Positions 8,780 to 19,034 of a DNA stretch of 64,000 nucleotides are shown here, one piece after another. The notes beneath the pieces were generated by a model that worked only from the letters and a program-made list of their open reading frames with translations, made no database searches and was not told the origin of the DNA. Made by a program: the position numbers and the translations under genes. The stretch is from positions 1,971 through 65,970 of the forward strand of contig CAZJEQ010000001.1 in assembly GCA_964545165.1 (NCBI GenBank). Reading direction: 5' to 3'. This stretch comes from an uncultured Candidatus Saccharibacteria bacterium (lineage in GTDB: Bacteria; Patescibacteriota; Minisyncoccia; Phycocordibacterales; UBA2100). The stretch's first letter is position 1. Every line of letters begins with the position of its first letter.

Positions 8780-9133
8780 ATGGACAACGCATCAAGTATT
8801 AAGCCCCTTTACCGTGGCACACAGGTCGTGTGGTATTTATTTTCAGCAATCGAAGTCGTGCTGTTGTTTCGATTCTTTCTCAAGCTCATCGGTGCAAATC
8901 CCGATGCGTGGTTTACGGCATTCATCTATGCGGTGAGCTATCCGTTTGCGGGCCCGTTCCTCTACGTCGTCCGATCCACGCAGGTCTCCGGCAGCGTATT
9001 CGAATGGACGACGCTGCTCGCGATGGCGGTGTACTGGGTACTTGCGTGGGGGATCGTGCGCCTCTTCGTCATGGGCAAGCCCGTCTCCACCGGCGAAGCA
9101 TCGGTCAAGCTCGCCAAGCAAGACGTAGCCTAA
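8780..9133 (+). CDS. YggT-family small membrane protein
   Basis: 2-3 TM helices; YggT-like pattern (FLKLIGANPDAWFTAFIYAVSYPFAGPF... EWTTLLAMAVYWVL). Confidence 0.5.
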   Translation: MDNASSIKPLYRGTQVVWYLFSAIEVVLLFRFFLKLIGANPDAWFTAFIYAVSYPFAGPFLYVVRSTQVSGSVFEWTTLLAMAVYWVLAWGIVRLFVMGKPVSTGEASVKLAKQDVA

Positions 9134-9205
9134 AACAGTTTGCCTTTACAGACCCTGGAGGCTGTGGGATAACGGCGTCAGTCAACAAGATGGAAGGACC
9201 AAGCA

Positions 9206-10075
9206 ATGATCGGTATCGAAACAGCAGGCCCCCTGACGGGAGAAGCCGCGGGCATCGTGCTCAAGGAGGCCGTCAAGCGGGCCGGCGCTGAAATCCGCCG
9301 ACAGCGCTTGTCGTTCGAGTCGGGCTTCAAAGCCGGCCGCAGCGGCAAGATGGACGACGTGTTCACTTCCGCCGACACGGCGGCGCAGGAAATCATGCTG
9401 AAGATCTTGCGCGAGGTGTTCCCGAATGCGGGCATCATCGCCGAGGAGAAGCGCCTGATCATCAAGCCGAATCCCGGCTGTGAGATCTACATCACGATCG
9501 ACCCGATGGATGGCACTCGCGCGTTCAAGCGGAGGCAGTCACGCGGCGTCGGCAGCATGGTCGCGTTGATCGAGAATGGTCGCGTGCTCTCGGCTTGGAT
9601 CTACGACGTATACGCGCGGGAAGTCGTCGGCTATCGGCCCGGCTCCGACAAGGTGCACTGCGTCTTCGACGACGGTGGCAGTCTGCGCCTCGCCGCGCCG
9701 ACTCGACGGTTGCGCGAGGCATATGTGCTGCTGCGCGACCCGCTCGATAAGTATTCGGCGACGAGCGCGTCAATGGTGCAAAAGTTCCGCAGCCACGAGA
9801 TCGAGGGCGGCTCGATCGGCGTCTGGATGATGCGCCTGTTCAAGGGCGAGTGCGGCGGCGTGATCATGCTGCCGTCGGATGACAATCCCTGGGACGTGGC
9901 ACCGATCTACGGTATCGCGCTCAAGCTCGGCTACGTGTTCCTCAGGCCGTTCGGCGATTCGTGGGAGCGGTACGAGCCGTACATCGGGCCAGAGGTGCAG
10001 CCGCGAGATCATGACACGCTGATCGTGCACGAGCGTGCGCTCGGTCAAATCCGTCTTCGCGCTATCGCCGCCTGA
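9206..10075 (+). CDS. inositol monophosphatase / CysQ-family phosphatase
   Basis: DPMDGT and WDVAPIYGIALKLG motifs of the IMPase/FBPase superfamily; GC ~63%. Confidence 0.7.
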   Translation: MIGIETAGPLTGEAAGIVLKEAVKRAGAEIRRQRLSFESGFKAGRSGKMDDVFTSADTAAQEIMLKILREVFPNAGIIAEEKRLIIKPNPGCEIYITIDPMDGTRAFKRRQSRGVGSMVALIENGRVLSAWIYDVYAREVVGYRPGSDKVHCVFDDGGSLRLAAPTRRLREAYVLLRDPLDKYSATSASMVQKFRSHEIEGGSIGVWMMRLFKGECGGVIMLPSDDNPWDVAPIYGIALKLGYVFLRPFGDSWERYEPYIGPEVQPRDHDTLIVHERALGQIRLRAIAA

Positions 10076-10127
10076 GAATCGCGAGCGTATGAATCGGGGG
10101 CCGTCGCTTTAGACGGCCCTCATCTTT

Positions 10128-11132
10128 TTATAAAAGTGCCTGCTGATTTTTTGGCAGATCTTCGCCGAGGTGTGCGTAGCCTTTTTTCGTGACGGTGCGG
10201 CCGCGCGGCGTGCGCTCCAAGAGATCGATCTGCATGAGGTACGGCTCGTGCACTTCTTCGATCGTCGCTTCTTCTTCGGAGAGGGAGGCGGCGATGGTCT
10301 TCAGACCTGCCGGGCCGCCATTAAATTTCTCGATGAGCGTGAGCAGGATGTCGCGGTCGATCTGATTGAGGCCGAGCTCGTCGATCTCGAGCAGCGCGAG
10401 CGCTTTTTTCACCGTCTTGGTATCGAGTACTTCGCTGCTTACTTCGGCGAAATCGCGTGCGCGTTTCAAGAGATAGTTTGCGGTGCGCGGTGTGGCGCGC
10501 GAGCGGCGTGCGATTTCGCCGAGCGATTCTTTATCGATGACAATACCGAGCACGTGCGCAGAGCGGCGGAGGATTTCTGCGATCTCATCCACGCTGTAGT
10601 ACTGCAAGCGGAAGGTCCCGCCCGAGAAGCGTGAGCGAAGTGGCGCGGAGAGCATGGAGACGCGCGTCGTTGCGGCGATGAGGGTAAATGGCGGGAGATC
10701 GAGCTGCACCGTGCGTGCGCTCGGGCCCTTGCCGATGACGATATCGAGGACGCCTGCCTCCATGGCAGGGTAGAGGACCTCCTCGATGGTGCGATTCAAG
10801 CGGTGGATTTCATCTATAAATAGAACGTCGCCCGGTGTGAGGTTGGTGAGGATGGCGGCGAGGTCGCCCACGCGCTCGATCGCCGGCCCCGAGGTGGAGC
10901 GGAGATTGGTATTGAGCTCCTTGGCAATGAGGTGGGCGAGCGTGGTCTTGCCGAGGCCCGGCGGCCCATAGAGGAGCACATGCTCGGGCTGATGATTGCG
11001 GCCCTTGGCAGCCGTGAGGAGGATGCGAAGGTTCTCTTTAATAGAGGGCTGGCCAATGTAATCGGCCCAATCGGTCGGGCGCAGCGCACTATCGAGGCTG
11101 CGGGGGCTTTTTTCGGCTACAGGCTGAGACAT
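10128..11132 (-). CDS. ruvB: Holliday junction ATP-dependent DNA helicase RuvB
   Basis: Walker A (GPPGLGKTT), Walker B ([11 protein letters not shown]), arginine finger/sensor motifs and C-terminal wHTH. Confidence 0.9.
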   Translation of the reverse strand: MSQPVAEKSPRSLDSALRPTDWADYIGQPSIKENLRILLTAAKGRNHQPEHVLLYGPPGLGKTTLAHLIAKELNTNLRSTSGPAIERVGDLAAILTNLTPGDVLFIDEIHRLNRTIEEVLYPAMEAGVLDIVIGKGPSARTVQLDLPPFTLIAATTRVSMLSAPLRSRFSGGTFRLQYYSVDEIAEILRRSAHVLGIVIDKESLGEIARRSRATPRTANYLLKRARDFAEVSSEVLDTKTVKKALALLEIDELGLNQIDRDILLTLIEKFNGGPAGLKTIAASLSEEEATIEEVHEPYLMQIDLLERTPRGRTVTKKGYAHLGEDLPKNQQALL

Positions 11133-11438
11133 ACGAGGCTTTTCGGCTCTCCGGGGAGAGGCGATAAGGCTACTTGACAATTATTAACAAGATGCTACAC
11201 TATCTGAAGAAGCGGAGCATATCCGCTTTTTTCATTGCGAGGCGCGCAGCTTCGGGTAATCGCGACTTTATCGAGGACGACGACAGTGCTTATCTATACG
11301 GTACGACCACTATCTCCATCCTTAGATCCCAGTTGCAACTTTCTCCCGAAAGGATTACCCGAATTTGTGCACCTCTCATTCCTCTCGAAGCCTATCACTC
11401 GCCAAACCGCCCGCAAGGCGGTTTTGTGGTTTAAAACA

Positions 11439-11708
11439 TCAGACACTTTTGTTCAGCCGCTGATTATTTCGGTAGATTTCTATCAGCATCTCGATCCGCT
11501 CCGGATCGTCTCGCACATCCATCAAGGAAAGTCGCATGAGTGATGTCTCGATGACTCGTGGAGGCAAGCTCTGCATGGCTTCGCGCATCAGTTTTTTCAT
11601 GGAAGCGAGCGTCTCGACAGGCGCTGATGCGTGCGGGCTTTCCGCAAGCCACCCTTCTACCTTTGCGATCTTTTTCTCCACCAGAGAGACGACGTTGGGA
11701 GATTCCAT
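11439..11708 (-). CDS. hypothetical small protein downstream of pilB
   Basis: 89-aa ORF co-oriented with pilB and 8 bp downstream of it. Confidence 0.35.
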   Translation of the reverse strand: MESPNVVSLVEKKIAKVEGWLAESPHASAPVETLASMKKLMREAMQSLPPRVIETSLMRLSLMDVRDDPERIEMLIEIYRNNQRLNKSV

Positions 11709-11715
11709 GTGATTG

Positions 11716-13410
11716 CTAGGCGATTGAATCGAGCATCACCTCGTCGGTGAGGTCCACGACGCGGGAGAGTTCTTCAAATGAAGTGACGCCCTGGAGGATT
11801 TTCACGGCGCCGTCTTGTGCCATGCGGCGAATGCCCTGGTGCTTCGCGGCTTTCCAGATATCGCGCTCGCTCGAGGAGTGGCGCACGCACTCTTCGATCT
11901 CGCGATCCATGAGAATGACCTCGACGACCGCGACGCGGCCCTTGTAGCCGATGCCGCCGCATTTCACGCAGCCCTTCGGCAGCCACATGGTGTCGCGATT
12001 CTGCGGGAGCTCGTCAGCGTGCGGAATATTTTTCAGGAGTATCTCCATGGTCTTTTTTACTTCGCCCTCGATCACGTGCGATTCGCGGCAATTCGGGCAG
12101 AGGCGTCGCACGAGACGCTGTGCCATCGCCACGGTGACGGAAGCGCCGAGAATATCCGCATTTACGCCCATGTCGATGAGTCGGGGGAAGGTGCCAGCGG
12201 CGTCGTTGGTGTGCAGCGTCGAGAAGACCAAGTGACCCGTGAGTGATGCCTGTACTGCCGTGGAGGCGACTTCCGCATCGCGGATCTCGCCGACCATGAT
12301 CACATCGGGGTCTTGGCGGAGTGTCGAGCGCAGGCCCTGCGCAAATGAATACTCTTTTGATACCTGCGTCTGCACGATGCCGGGGAGGTGGTATTCGATC
12401 GGGTCTTCGATCGTGACGATCTTGATCTCGGGGCTCTTCACGGCGGTGAGAAATGCGTAGAGCGTGGTGGTCTTACCGCTGCCGGTCGGACCCGTGTTGA
12501 GGATCATGCCGTTGGGCTTGGCGACCTCGTGCTTGAAGATGTCCATCAGATATTTATCAAAGCCCAGTTGCTCCATCGGCAGTGCGATGGTGCTCGGATC
12601 AAGGACGCGCATGACGATGGTCTCGGCATAGCCGGCAGGGAGGACCGAGAGACGAATCTCGATCTCTTTGCCACCGACGACGATCGAGAAGCGGCCATCT
12701 TGTGCGGCGTTTTTTACGTTGAGCTTGAGACCCGAGAGTAATTTGAGACGACTTGAGATAAGCGCGTAGGTCGGCGCGTCGATCATGAGTGCTTCCACGA
12801 GTACGCCATCGAGGCGATAGCGCATACGGACACCCGCTTCTTCAGGCTCGAGGTGCACATCGCTCGCTCCCAGCGAGAGCGCGCCGGCCATGATCACTTC
12901 GAGCACGCGCGAGATGCGATGCGCGTCCTTGGATCCGGTGTGCGAGGTGATTTCGCTCTTCACATCGGCGAGCGTCTTGAGCGTACCGAGCATTTGCTGG
13001 ATCGCTTCATTGGAGAGGGTGAGGACGCCCGCCTCCGTCTCGGTGGCAAATGAAATGTCTTTGTAGCGATCCCAGGCGTGCTCGAGCGAGACGGTGGAGA
13101 CCATGAATTTGCGAGTCGAATAGCCGAGGCCCTCGATATTTTTTACGACGGTGAGTGCGTCGGGGCGCTCGGGTGCGCGCATACCGATCCAGATTTGTTT
13201 GTTGACCTTGTGAAATGCGGCGACTTCTGCCGCACGTGCCTCAGCTTCGGGGATGAGGCGCAGGGCGTCGGAGTTGATCGCCTTGGAGGTGAGATCGGCG
13301 TATTCGACGCCGTACTTGGTGGAGAGGATTTGCGCGAGCTGCTCCTCCTCTTTGGCGCGGAGCTCGTGCAGGCGCTCCTCGCTCTTCTTCTCATCAAAGG
13401 GCACGTTCAT
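11716..13410 (-). CDS. pilB: type IV pilus assembly / type II secretion ATPase PilB/GspE
   Basis: GPTGSGKTTTLYA Walker A; GspE N-terminal and C-terminal zinc-finger (CPNC...CVKC) domains. Confidence 0.85.
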   Translation of the reverse strand: MNVPFDEKKSEERLHELRAKEEEQLAQILSTKYGVEYADLTSKAINSDALRLIPEAEARAAEVAAFHKVNKQIWIGMRAPERPDALTVVKNIEGLGYSTRKFMVSTVSLEHAWDRYKDISFATETEAGVLTLSNEAIQQMLGTLKTLADVKSEITSHTGSKDAHRISRVLEVIMAGALSLGASDVHLEPEEAGVRMRYRLDGVLVEALMIDAPTYALISSRLKLLSGLKLNVKNAAQDGRFSIVVGGKEIEIRLSVLPAGYAETIVMRVLDPSTIALPMEQLGFDKYLMDIFKHEVAKPNGMILNTGPTGSGKTTTLYAFLTAVKSPEIKIVTIEDPIEYHLPGIVQTQVSKEYSFAQGLRSTLRQDPDVIMVGEIRDAEVASTAVQASLTGHLVFSTLHTNDAAGTFPRLIDMGVNADILGASVTVAMAQRLVRRLCPNCRESHVIEGEVKKTMEILLKNIPHADELPQNRDTMWLPKGCVKCGGIGYKGRVAVVEVILMDREIEECVRHSSSERDIWKAAKHQGIRRMAQDGAVKILQGVTSFEELSRVVDLTDEVMLDSIA

Positions 13411-13463
13411 AGGGCTATTTTACCCCACAAAATAGGCATATATTGGCGAAACTAAGCCATCTA

Positions 13464-13491
13464 TTGACTTTTGACATAATCGTGATACAAT
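13464..13491 (+). promoter_or_regulatory. sigma70-like promoter (TTGACT-N16-TGaTACAAT) for the 13570 gene
   Basis: Near-consensus -35 and extended -10 elements ~80 nt upstream of the ATG. Confidence 0.4.
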
Positions 13492-13569
13492 GAAGAAAGA
13501 ACATATAGCGTACGTATTTGTGTTCTGAACCGGCCTTTGGCCATAACCTCGATTGATCGGAGATTAGTC

Positions 13570-14487
13570 ATGAGCAACGGAAACGCGAGCGTTCGTCGTC
13601 ACCACGGGGCCACCAACTACTACCGCGTCATGCCCGGTCGGCGTCCCCACAAGGTGGGCGATCGCACGGACGAGCGTATCGTACTCGAGAGCGCACGGTA
13701 CTCTTCGACCGCCCTCGAAATCGCGACGGAGAGCTTCGCCGCCGGCCTCGCGGTCGGTCCCGGCGAACACAACGCGGAGGGTTTCGGACAGGGCTTCAAG
13801 CTCTCGCGCGGTGGGGTCATCCTGCCGGCGGTCGCGTCCGATGACGAGCGGACGATCCCGATCCGCGAGTTCCGCTACAAGGACCACGCTGGTCATGAGC
13901 AGGTCCGCTTGTTCGCGGACAAGGTCTCGATCGAGCGCATGCCCGATGGCTCTGCCCGCGCGGTGCCCTTCAACAAGAAGGACGAGTCCGACATTGTCTA
14001 CTTCGAAGTCTGGACCGGCTACACGGGCGACATCAATCGCACGATGCAGTTGATCAACGCGGGCAAGTTCAAGACGCATGGGTCCGTCGAGTACTCCGGC
14101 GGCGCCGTCATGGTCGATGCGTCGAGCAAGCGCAAGCGTCCGACCAAGGCGGAGAGCGCAAAGCTCGATGAGCTGACGATTCTCGAGTCGGATGTCACGT
14201 CCGGCACGCAGGGTCAGGCAGAACTGGTCGCGGAAGTGCCCTTCCTGGTCGTCGGCGGCTTCGTCGTCTGGAGCGTCAGGCTCTGGAAGGTCAAGTATTC
14301 GGCGAAGGGGTCGGAGGCGGTGCTCGTGAAGCACGACGAGCAGTTCCTGTTGCTCCGCGCTCCGGGGGGCAAGGTGCTCGAGAAGGACAAGCTCTACGTG
14401 CCGGCTGCGGACTTCGGGCGCACCTTCACGAGGCTCGCCTCGAATGTCTACGTGCCCGGCGCGTCCAAGCACGAAGCCGCAGCATAG
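13570..14487 (+). CDS. hypothetical protein in a high-GC (~64%) block
   Basis: Protein-like composition on the + strand; GGAG RBS 8 nt upstream of the ATG; strong terminator downstream. The opposite-strand 397-aa ORF is an Arg/Leu-rich GC artefact. Confidence 0.55.
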   Translation: MSNGNASVRRHHGATNYYRVMPGRRPHKVGDRTDERIVLESARYSSTALEIATESFAAGLAVGPGEHNAEGFGQGFKLSRGGVILPAVASDDERTIPIREFRYKDHAGHEQVRLFADKVSIERMPDGSARAVPFNKKDESDIVYFEVWTGYTGDINRTMQLINAGKFKTHGSVEYSGGAVMVDASSKRKRPTKAESAKLDELTILESDVTSGTQGQAELVAEVPFLVVGGFVVWSVRLWKVKYSAKGSEAVLVKHDEQFLLLRAPGGKVLEKDKLYVPAADFGRTFTRLASNVYVPGASKHEAAA

Positions 14488-14504
14488 TACGCATAGATCG
14501 TTAA

Positions 14505-14535
14505 TGAAGAGCGGGCACGCTAGTGCCCGCTCTTT
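14505..14535 (+). terminator. intrinsic terminator
   Basis: agagcgggcac-gcta-gtgcccgctct followed by TTATTTTT. Confidence 0.6.
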
Positions 14536-14580
14536 ATTTTTCGGCAGATTGGTAGGTGTCTGCGTGGTAAAATATTTTAT

Positions 14581-15498
14581 ATGGATGGGAAAATCGGACG
14601 TGTTAAGAACAGAGAAACAGGTCAATGGTTCAGCAGCCCTGAAGAAGCTGCGCGCGCAGCAACACTCACGGCATCTGCAGAATCTCCAACTACACCGGAA
14701 ATGCCTCCTGAAGAAGTGCAGCTCAACATGAATGATGCGCGTGAAATCTGGTATCAAACGCGTAGCGGGGAGATCGTAAAATTACGAGAGCAGCCAGCAA
14801 TTAACGACGAACGAGATCGTCAGCAAATATCTCCTGACTCGCTGCCGCTGCCGGGGTTCCCAAAATTTAGTCGCACCATAGAAGATGCCGAAATTCCTGA
14901 CCCGAACGCTCCTGAATCAGTTCCAGTTCCAGCTTCAGCGCCTCCTGCCACCCCTGTTCGCGATACTGCTCGACGAGCAGAGCCAGTGGTAGAGGAGCGT
15001 CTCTCGGCTGATGAGTGGCGCCAAGTCGACACCTCAGTGAGCTACTTTAGAAACATGTACAAGCCAGCTCTTCCAGGCGAGCGTAAAGGTCCGATCGCGA
15101 TCACACGTTTTTTGGAAGCGACTCACGCTATGCCCGCACAAGTGATCAACGCCGTCATCACCGATATCTCAAGCAGGGGCGAGGGCTACCCGAGCAAAGG
15201 AATGCTTGAGGCCGCGAACCTAAATCGGTACATGTACGACTACAATTTTAGTGCTCGGGATAGTTTGAATACGGGAGAAGGAGCAAATACATATGTAGCT
15301 GCGGATGCTCCAGCTGATGAGACGCCAGAACAACGTGCACTCCGCCAACGCACGGCACAAATGCTCGCACGCCTTGATGCAACACCTCGCGTGCCAGGCG
15401 AAGCAACTGCGCCGACGCGAGAAGCAGCGACACCGGTCGCAGAAACACAAGAACAGCGGAATGAAAGAACGCGCAAGATGCTCGCTCGGTTGGGATAA
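14581..15498 (+). CDS. hypothetical Pro/Ala-rich protein
   Basis: 305-aa ORF, low-complexity central region, no recognisable domain. Confidence 0.4.
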   Translation: MDGKIGRVKNRETGQWFSSPEEAARAATLTASAESPTTPEMPPEEVQLNMNDAREIWYQTRSGEIVKLREQPAINDERDRQQISPDSLPLPGFPKFSRTIEDAEIPDPNAPESVPVPASAPPATPVRDTARRAEPVVEERLSADEWRQVDTSVSYFRNMYKPALPGERKGPIAITRFLEATHAMPAQVINAVITDISSRGEGYPSKGMLEAANLNRYMYDYNFSARDSLNTGEGANTYVAADAPADETPEQRALRQRTAQMLARLDATPRVPGEATAPTREAATPVAETQEQRNERTRKMLARLG

Positions 15499-15528
15499 TA
15501 TCTCGCTGTCGCTATTTGCTATGCTGTC

Positions 15529-15981
15529 GTGATGCAGACGACCAGTCTCGTGGAATTCAATGACGAAGCGACGCGCTTTGCGGCTTCACTCACACCGGCC
15601 GCGGAGGCGACGGTCGTCGCGCTCTCGGGGGATTTAGGGGCAGGGAAGACCACCTTCACCCAGGCGCTCGCACGGCATTTCGGTATCGCAGAGCAGGTCT
15701 CGAGCCCCACCTTTGTCATCGAAAAGATCTACTCTATAGAAGGAGGTCCGCCAGCTGGCGGATTCACGCGCCTCGTTCATATCGATGCCTACCGCCTCAA
15801 AGGCTCGCACGAGCTCGAGGCGCTTGGCTGGGCGGAGCTCGTCCATAATCCAGAGAATCTCGTTCTGATAGAGTGGCCAGAGCGCGTGGCGGAGCTTATC
15901 CCGTCGAGCGCACATCGCATTGCGCTTACATTCATCGACGAACACACACGAGAGATTTCATATGGCGAAAAGAGTAATTAA
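15529..15981 (+). CDS. tsaE: tRNA t6A biosynthesis ATPase TsaE (YjeE)
   Basis: GDLGAGKTTF P-loop and SPTFV motif; ~150 aa. Confidence 0.8.
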   Translation: MMQTTSLVEFNDEATRFAASLTPAAEATVVALSGDLGAGKTTFTQALARHFGIAEQVSSPTFVIEKIYSIEGGPPAGGFTRLVHIDAYRLKGSHELEALGWAELVHNPENLVLIEWPERVAELIPSSAHRIALTFIDEHTREISYGEKSN

Positions 15982-18391
15982 AAAGAAAGAGGAGAAAGAA
16001 GAGCGTGCGGGGGAGAAGCCGGCGCGATTGGTCCTGCTCGATTCGCACGCGATTTTGCACCGCGCGTATCACGCACTTCCCGAATTCTCCAAGGCCAATG
16101 GCGAGCCCACCGGCGCGCTCTACGGCCTTATCCTCATGCTCCTGAAGATCCAGGACACGCTCAAGCCCGATTACATCATCGCGACGCGCGATTTGCCCGG
16201 CAAGACCGTGCGCCACGAAGCATTCGAAGCATACAAGGCGACGCGTGCCGAAATTGACGAGGCGCTCATCAAACAGCTGATCGCAGCACCAAAGATTTTC
16301 GAGGCCTTTGGTATTCCTGTGTACCAAAGAGAGGGCTATGAGGCAGACGACATGCTCGGTACCATCGCGCGTGAGACGAGTGTGCGCAGCGACATGCAGA
16401 CTATTATCGCGACGGGCGATAGCGATACGCTCCAGCTCGTGGGTCCACGCGTCCACGTCTTTATGATGCGGACCGGCATTTCCGATACCGTGATCTACGA
16501 CGAAGCAGGCGTGCGCGAGAAATATGGCTTTGGCCCCGAATTTGTCACCGACTACAAGGGCATCGTGGGAGATACCTCAGACAACATCCCCGGTGTCCCG
16601 GGTGTCGGCGCGGGTAGTGCGTCGAAGCTGATCGCGACCTTTGGCGGCCTCTCCAAGATTTACGAAGCTATCGCCAAGAAGGGCGTCGAAGCGACAGCCA
16701 AAGAAGCAGGTGTGCAGAAACGATACGTACAGCTCGTCGCAGACAACAAAAGCCAGGCGCAATTCTCGAAAGAGATCGCGACGATTCATACGGATCTTCC
16801 GATCGGATTTAAAATGCCCCCGCGCCACTATCATATGAAGGAGTACGCCGAGACCATCGGCAAAATCCTTGAGGAATACGAATTCCATTCCATCCGACAG
16901 CGTCTGAAGAGTGTGCTGGATTTGAGCGAGCCGACGGTCCAGAGCGTGGGAGAGAAGGACGTTATTGTTGATGAAGCGGAAGTCAAAGAAACAGGGCTCG
17001 CCGTGTGGCTTTTGCGGAGCGATATCACAGCGCCGAGTGTGCAGGATATTTTGAATTTCGCGCAGACGGAGGATTTCGCTAAAGCCAAGGAGAGCATTTT
17101 CGCGCAGCTGCGTGCGACCGGAAAGCTCGAGGCGGTATACAACGAGATTGAGCACCCCCTCATCGCCGTGGTCAATCGTATGAATGCGACGGGTATCGTG
17201 CTCGATGTGGCGTACATGCAGGGTCTTGAGAAGGAGTACACCGCCGAGCTCGCCAAGATCGTGGCGCGCATCTACGGGCACGTCGGCCACGAATTCAATA
17301 TCAATTCTCCCAAGCAGCTTGGCGATGTGCTCTACGACGAGCTCAAGATCACGCCCGAGCGGCAGAAGAAAACCGCGACCGGTGCTCGCACCACGCGCGA
17401 AGAAGAGCTGCTCAAGATGGTCGACCAGCATCCGATTATTGAAGACGTGCTTGCGTATCGTGAATTGCAGAAGCTGCTTGGCACGTATGTCGAGAAGATG
17501 CCGAAATTAGTGGGCGAAGATGGCCGACTCCGCACCGAATTCGTGCAATCAGGCTCGGCGACAGGGCGCATGTCGTGTCAGGATCCGAATCTCCAGAATA
17601 TTCCGATCAAGACCGAGTACGGTCGCCGTATTCGCAATGGGTTCGTCGCGGCTCCCGGCTGCAAGATCGTTGCGATCGACTATTCGCAGATCGAGCTGCG
17701 TATCGCGGCAGGTCTCTCTGGCGATGAGAAGCTCACTGAGATCTTCAAGCGCGGGGACGATGTGCACACGGCGACCGCCGCGCAGGTATTTAATGTGCCG
17801 GCCGAGCATGTCGACAAGGAAATGCGTCGTCGTGCCAAGGTAATCAACTTTGGCATCCTCTACGGCATGGGAGTTAATGCGCTCAGGCAAAATCTCGGCA
17901 CTGATGTCTCGCGCGAAGAGTCAGCACAGTATCTCGACGACTATTTCAAAAATTTCGCTGGCATTGCGCGTTATATCGCGCAAACCAAAGCAGATGCCGC
18001 TCGACAGGGATACACCGAGACACTCTACGGTCGCCGCCGCTACTTCCCGGGATTCAAATCACCGCTGCCGAATTTGCGCGCGCAGGCAGAGCGCATGGCA
18101 GTGAATGCGCCGATTCAAGGCACGCAGGCCGACATCATCAAGCGCGCCATGATCGAAGCTGATGCGCTGATCGAGAAAAAGGGGTGGCGTGACAAGGTGA
18201 AGTTGCTCATGCAGGTGCACGATGAGCTTGTCTATGAAATCGATGAGCAAGAAGCTGAATCGATTGGATCTGAGCTTCGAAAGACAATGGAAGATGTCGT
18301 TGACCCCGCGCTGATCTCTGGGGTGCCCATCATCGCCGAGATGTCGATCGGGGACAACTGGGGCGATCTCGAAAAAATAAAGCACAGCTAA
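15962..18391 (+). CDS. polA: DNA polymerase I (5'-3' exonuclease + polymerase domains)
   Basis: N-terminal FEN-like domain; pol A motifs RRRAKVINFGILYGMG and QVHDELVYE; overlaps the tsaE stop. Confidence 0.9.
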   Translation: MAKRVIKKKEEKEERAGEKPARLVLLDSHAILHRAYHALPEFSKANGEPTGALYGLILMLLKIQDTLKPDYIIATRDLPGKTVRHEAFEAYKATRAEIDEALIKQLIAAPKIFEAFGIPVYQREGYEADDMLGTIARETSVRSDMQTIIATGDSDTLQLVGPRVHVFMMRTGISDTVIYDEAGVREKYGFGPEFVTDYKGIVGDTSDNIPGVPGVGAGSASKLIATFGGLSKIYEAIAKKGVEATAKEAGVQKRYVQLVADNKSQAQFSKEIATIHTDLPIGFKMPPRHYHMKEYAETIGKILEEYEFHSIRQRLKSVLDLSEPTVQSVGEKDVIVDEAEVKETGLAVWLLRSDITAPSVQDILNFAQTEDFAKAKESIFAQLRATGKLEAVYNEIEHPLIAVVNRMNATGIVLDVAYMQGLEKEYTAELAKIVARIYGHVGHEFNINSPKQLGDVLYDELKITPERQKKTATGARTTREEELLKMVDQHPIIEDVLAYRELQKLLGTYVEKMPKLVGEDGRLRTEFVQSGSATGRMSCQDPNLQNIPIKTEYGRRIRNGFVAAPGCKIVAIDYSQIELRIAAGLSGDEKLTEIFKRGDDVHTATAAQVFNVPAEHVDKEMRRRAKVINFGILYGMGVNALRQNLGTDVSREESAQYLDDYFKNFAGIARYIAQTKADAARQGYTETLYGRRRYFPGFKSPLPNLRAQAERMAVNAPIQGTQADIIKRAMIEADALIEKKGWRDKVKLLMQVHDELVYEIDEQEAESIGSELRKTMEDVVDPALISGVPIIAEMSIGDNWGDLEKIKHS

Positions 18392-18392
18392 T

Positions 18393-19022
18393 ATGCTTTT
18401 TTTCTATTCCGGCACCGATACATCAAAGCTGCGCGCGAAATTAAACGCGGCCGTTGAAAAAGTTAAAGGCGCAACGGTGGTGCGGGTTACTGATGCGCAC
18501 GGTATTGCTGATCTCGAGGCGGCACTTGCCGGGGGAGGTATGTTCTCGACAGGGAAGCGTATGGTCGTGCTCGATAATGTCCTCGGCAATCCTGACATGA
18601 GCGTGATGATCCTTGGGCGGCTCCCGGTGCTCGCCACGAGCGCGGACATCTTTTTCCTTGTGGCGTCTGAGGTGAATGCCGCGACGCGCAAACAGATCGA
18701 AAAGCATGCGGAGACATCTGAGAAATTTGATGCGGAAAAAGAGAAGAAGGCCGAGACCATTTTTGCGCTGGCGAATGCCTTGCAGAGTGGCAAGAAAAAG
18801 GATCTTTGGGTCGGCTACCGCCGCGAAATTGCGGCGGGTAAATCACCCGAGAGCATTCATGGGGTGCTTTTTTGGGCGGCAAAGCAATATTTCCTCAGAA
18901 GCCCGCAGGATGTGCGCGCCAAAAAGCTGGTCGCACAGCTCGCGGAATTGCCACATGAAGCGCGCCGCAATGGATTTGATATGGAATACGCACTGGAGCA
19001 CTTCGTACTTTCTACTGCGTGA
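18393..19022 (+). CDS. DNA polymerase III delta subunit-like protein (HolA-like), short
   Basis: Weak HolA-like pattern (RMVVLDNV..., alpha-helical C-terminus); position immediately after polA. Confidence 0.3.
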   Translation: MLFFYSGTDTSKLRAKLNAAVEKVKGATVVRVTDAHGIADLEAALAGGGMFSTGKRMVVLDNVLGNPDMSVMILGRLPVLATSADIFFLVASEVNAATRKQIEKHAETSEKFDAEKEKKAETIFALANALQSGKKKDLWVGYRREIAAGKSPESIHGVLFWAAKQYFLRSPQDVRAKKLVAQLAELPHEARRNGFDMEYALEHFVLSTA

Positions 19023-19034
19023 TAGAATTTCTGC

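Noticed and set aside
8691-8780. Hairpin gcttc-atgtg-gaagc after the RT gene, as a possible terminator
   Set aside because: It is short with no T-run, so it is not a convincing intrinsic terminator.
13564-14757. 397-aa minus-strand ORF
   Set aside because: Arg/Leu/Ala-rich antisense artefact of the high-GC plus-strand gene (13570-14487) and of the next gene. It has no motifs and an implausible composition.
16577-17431. 284-aa minus-strand ORF inside polA
   Set aside because: It is antisense to polA and is Arg/Leu-rich.
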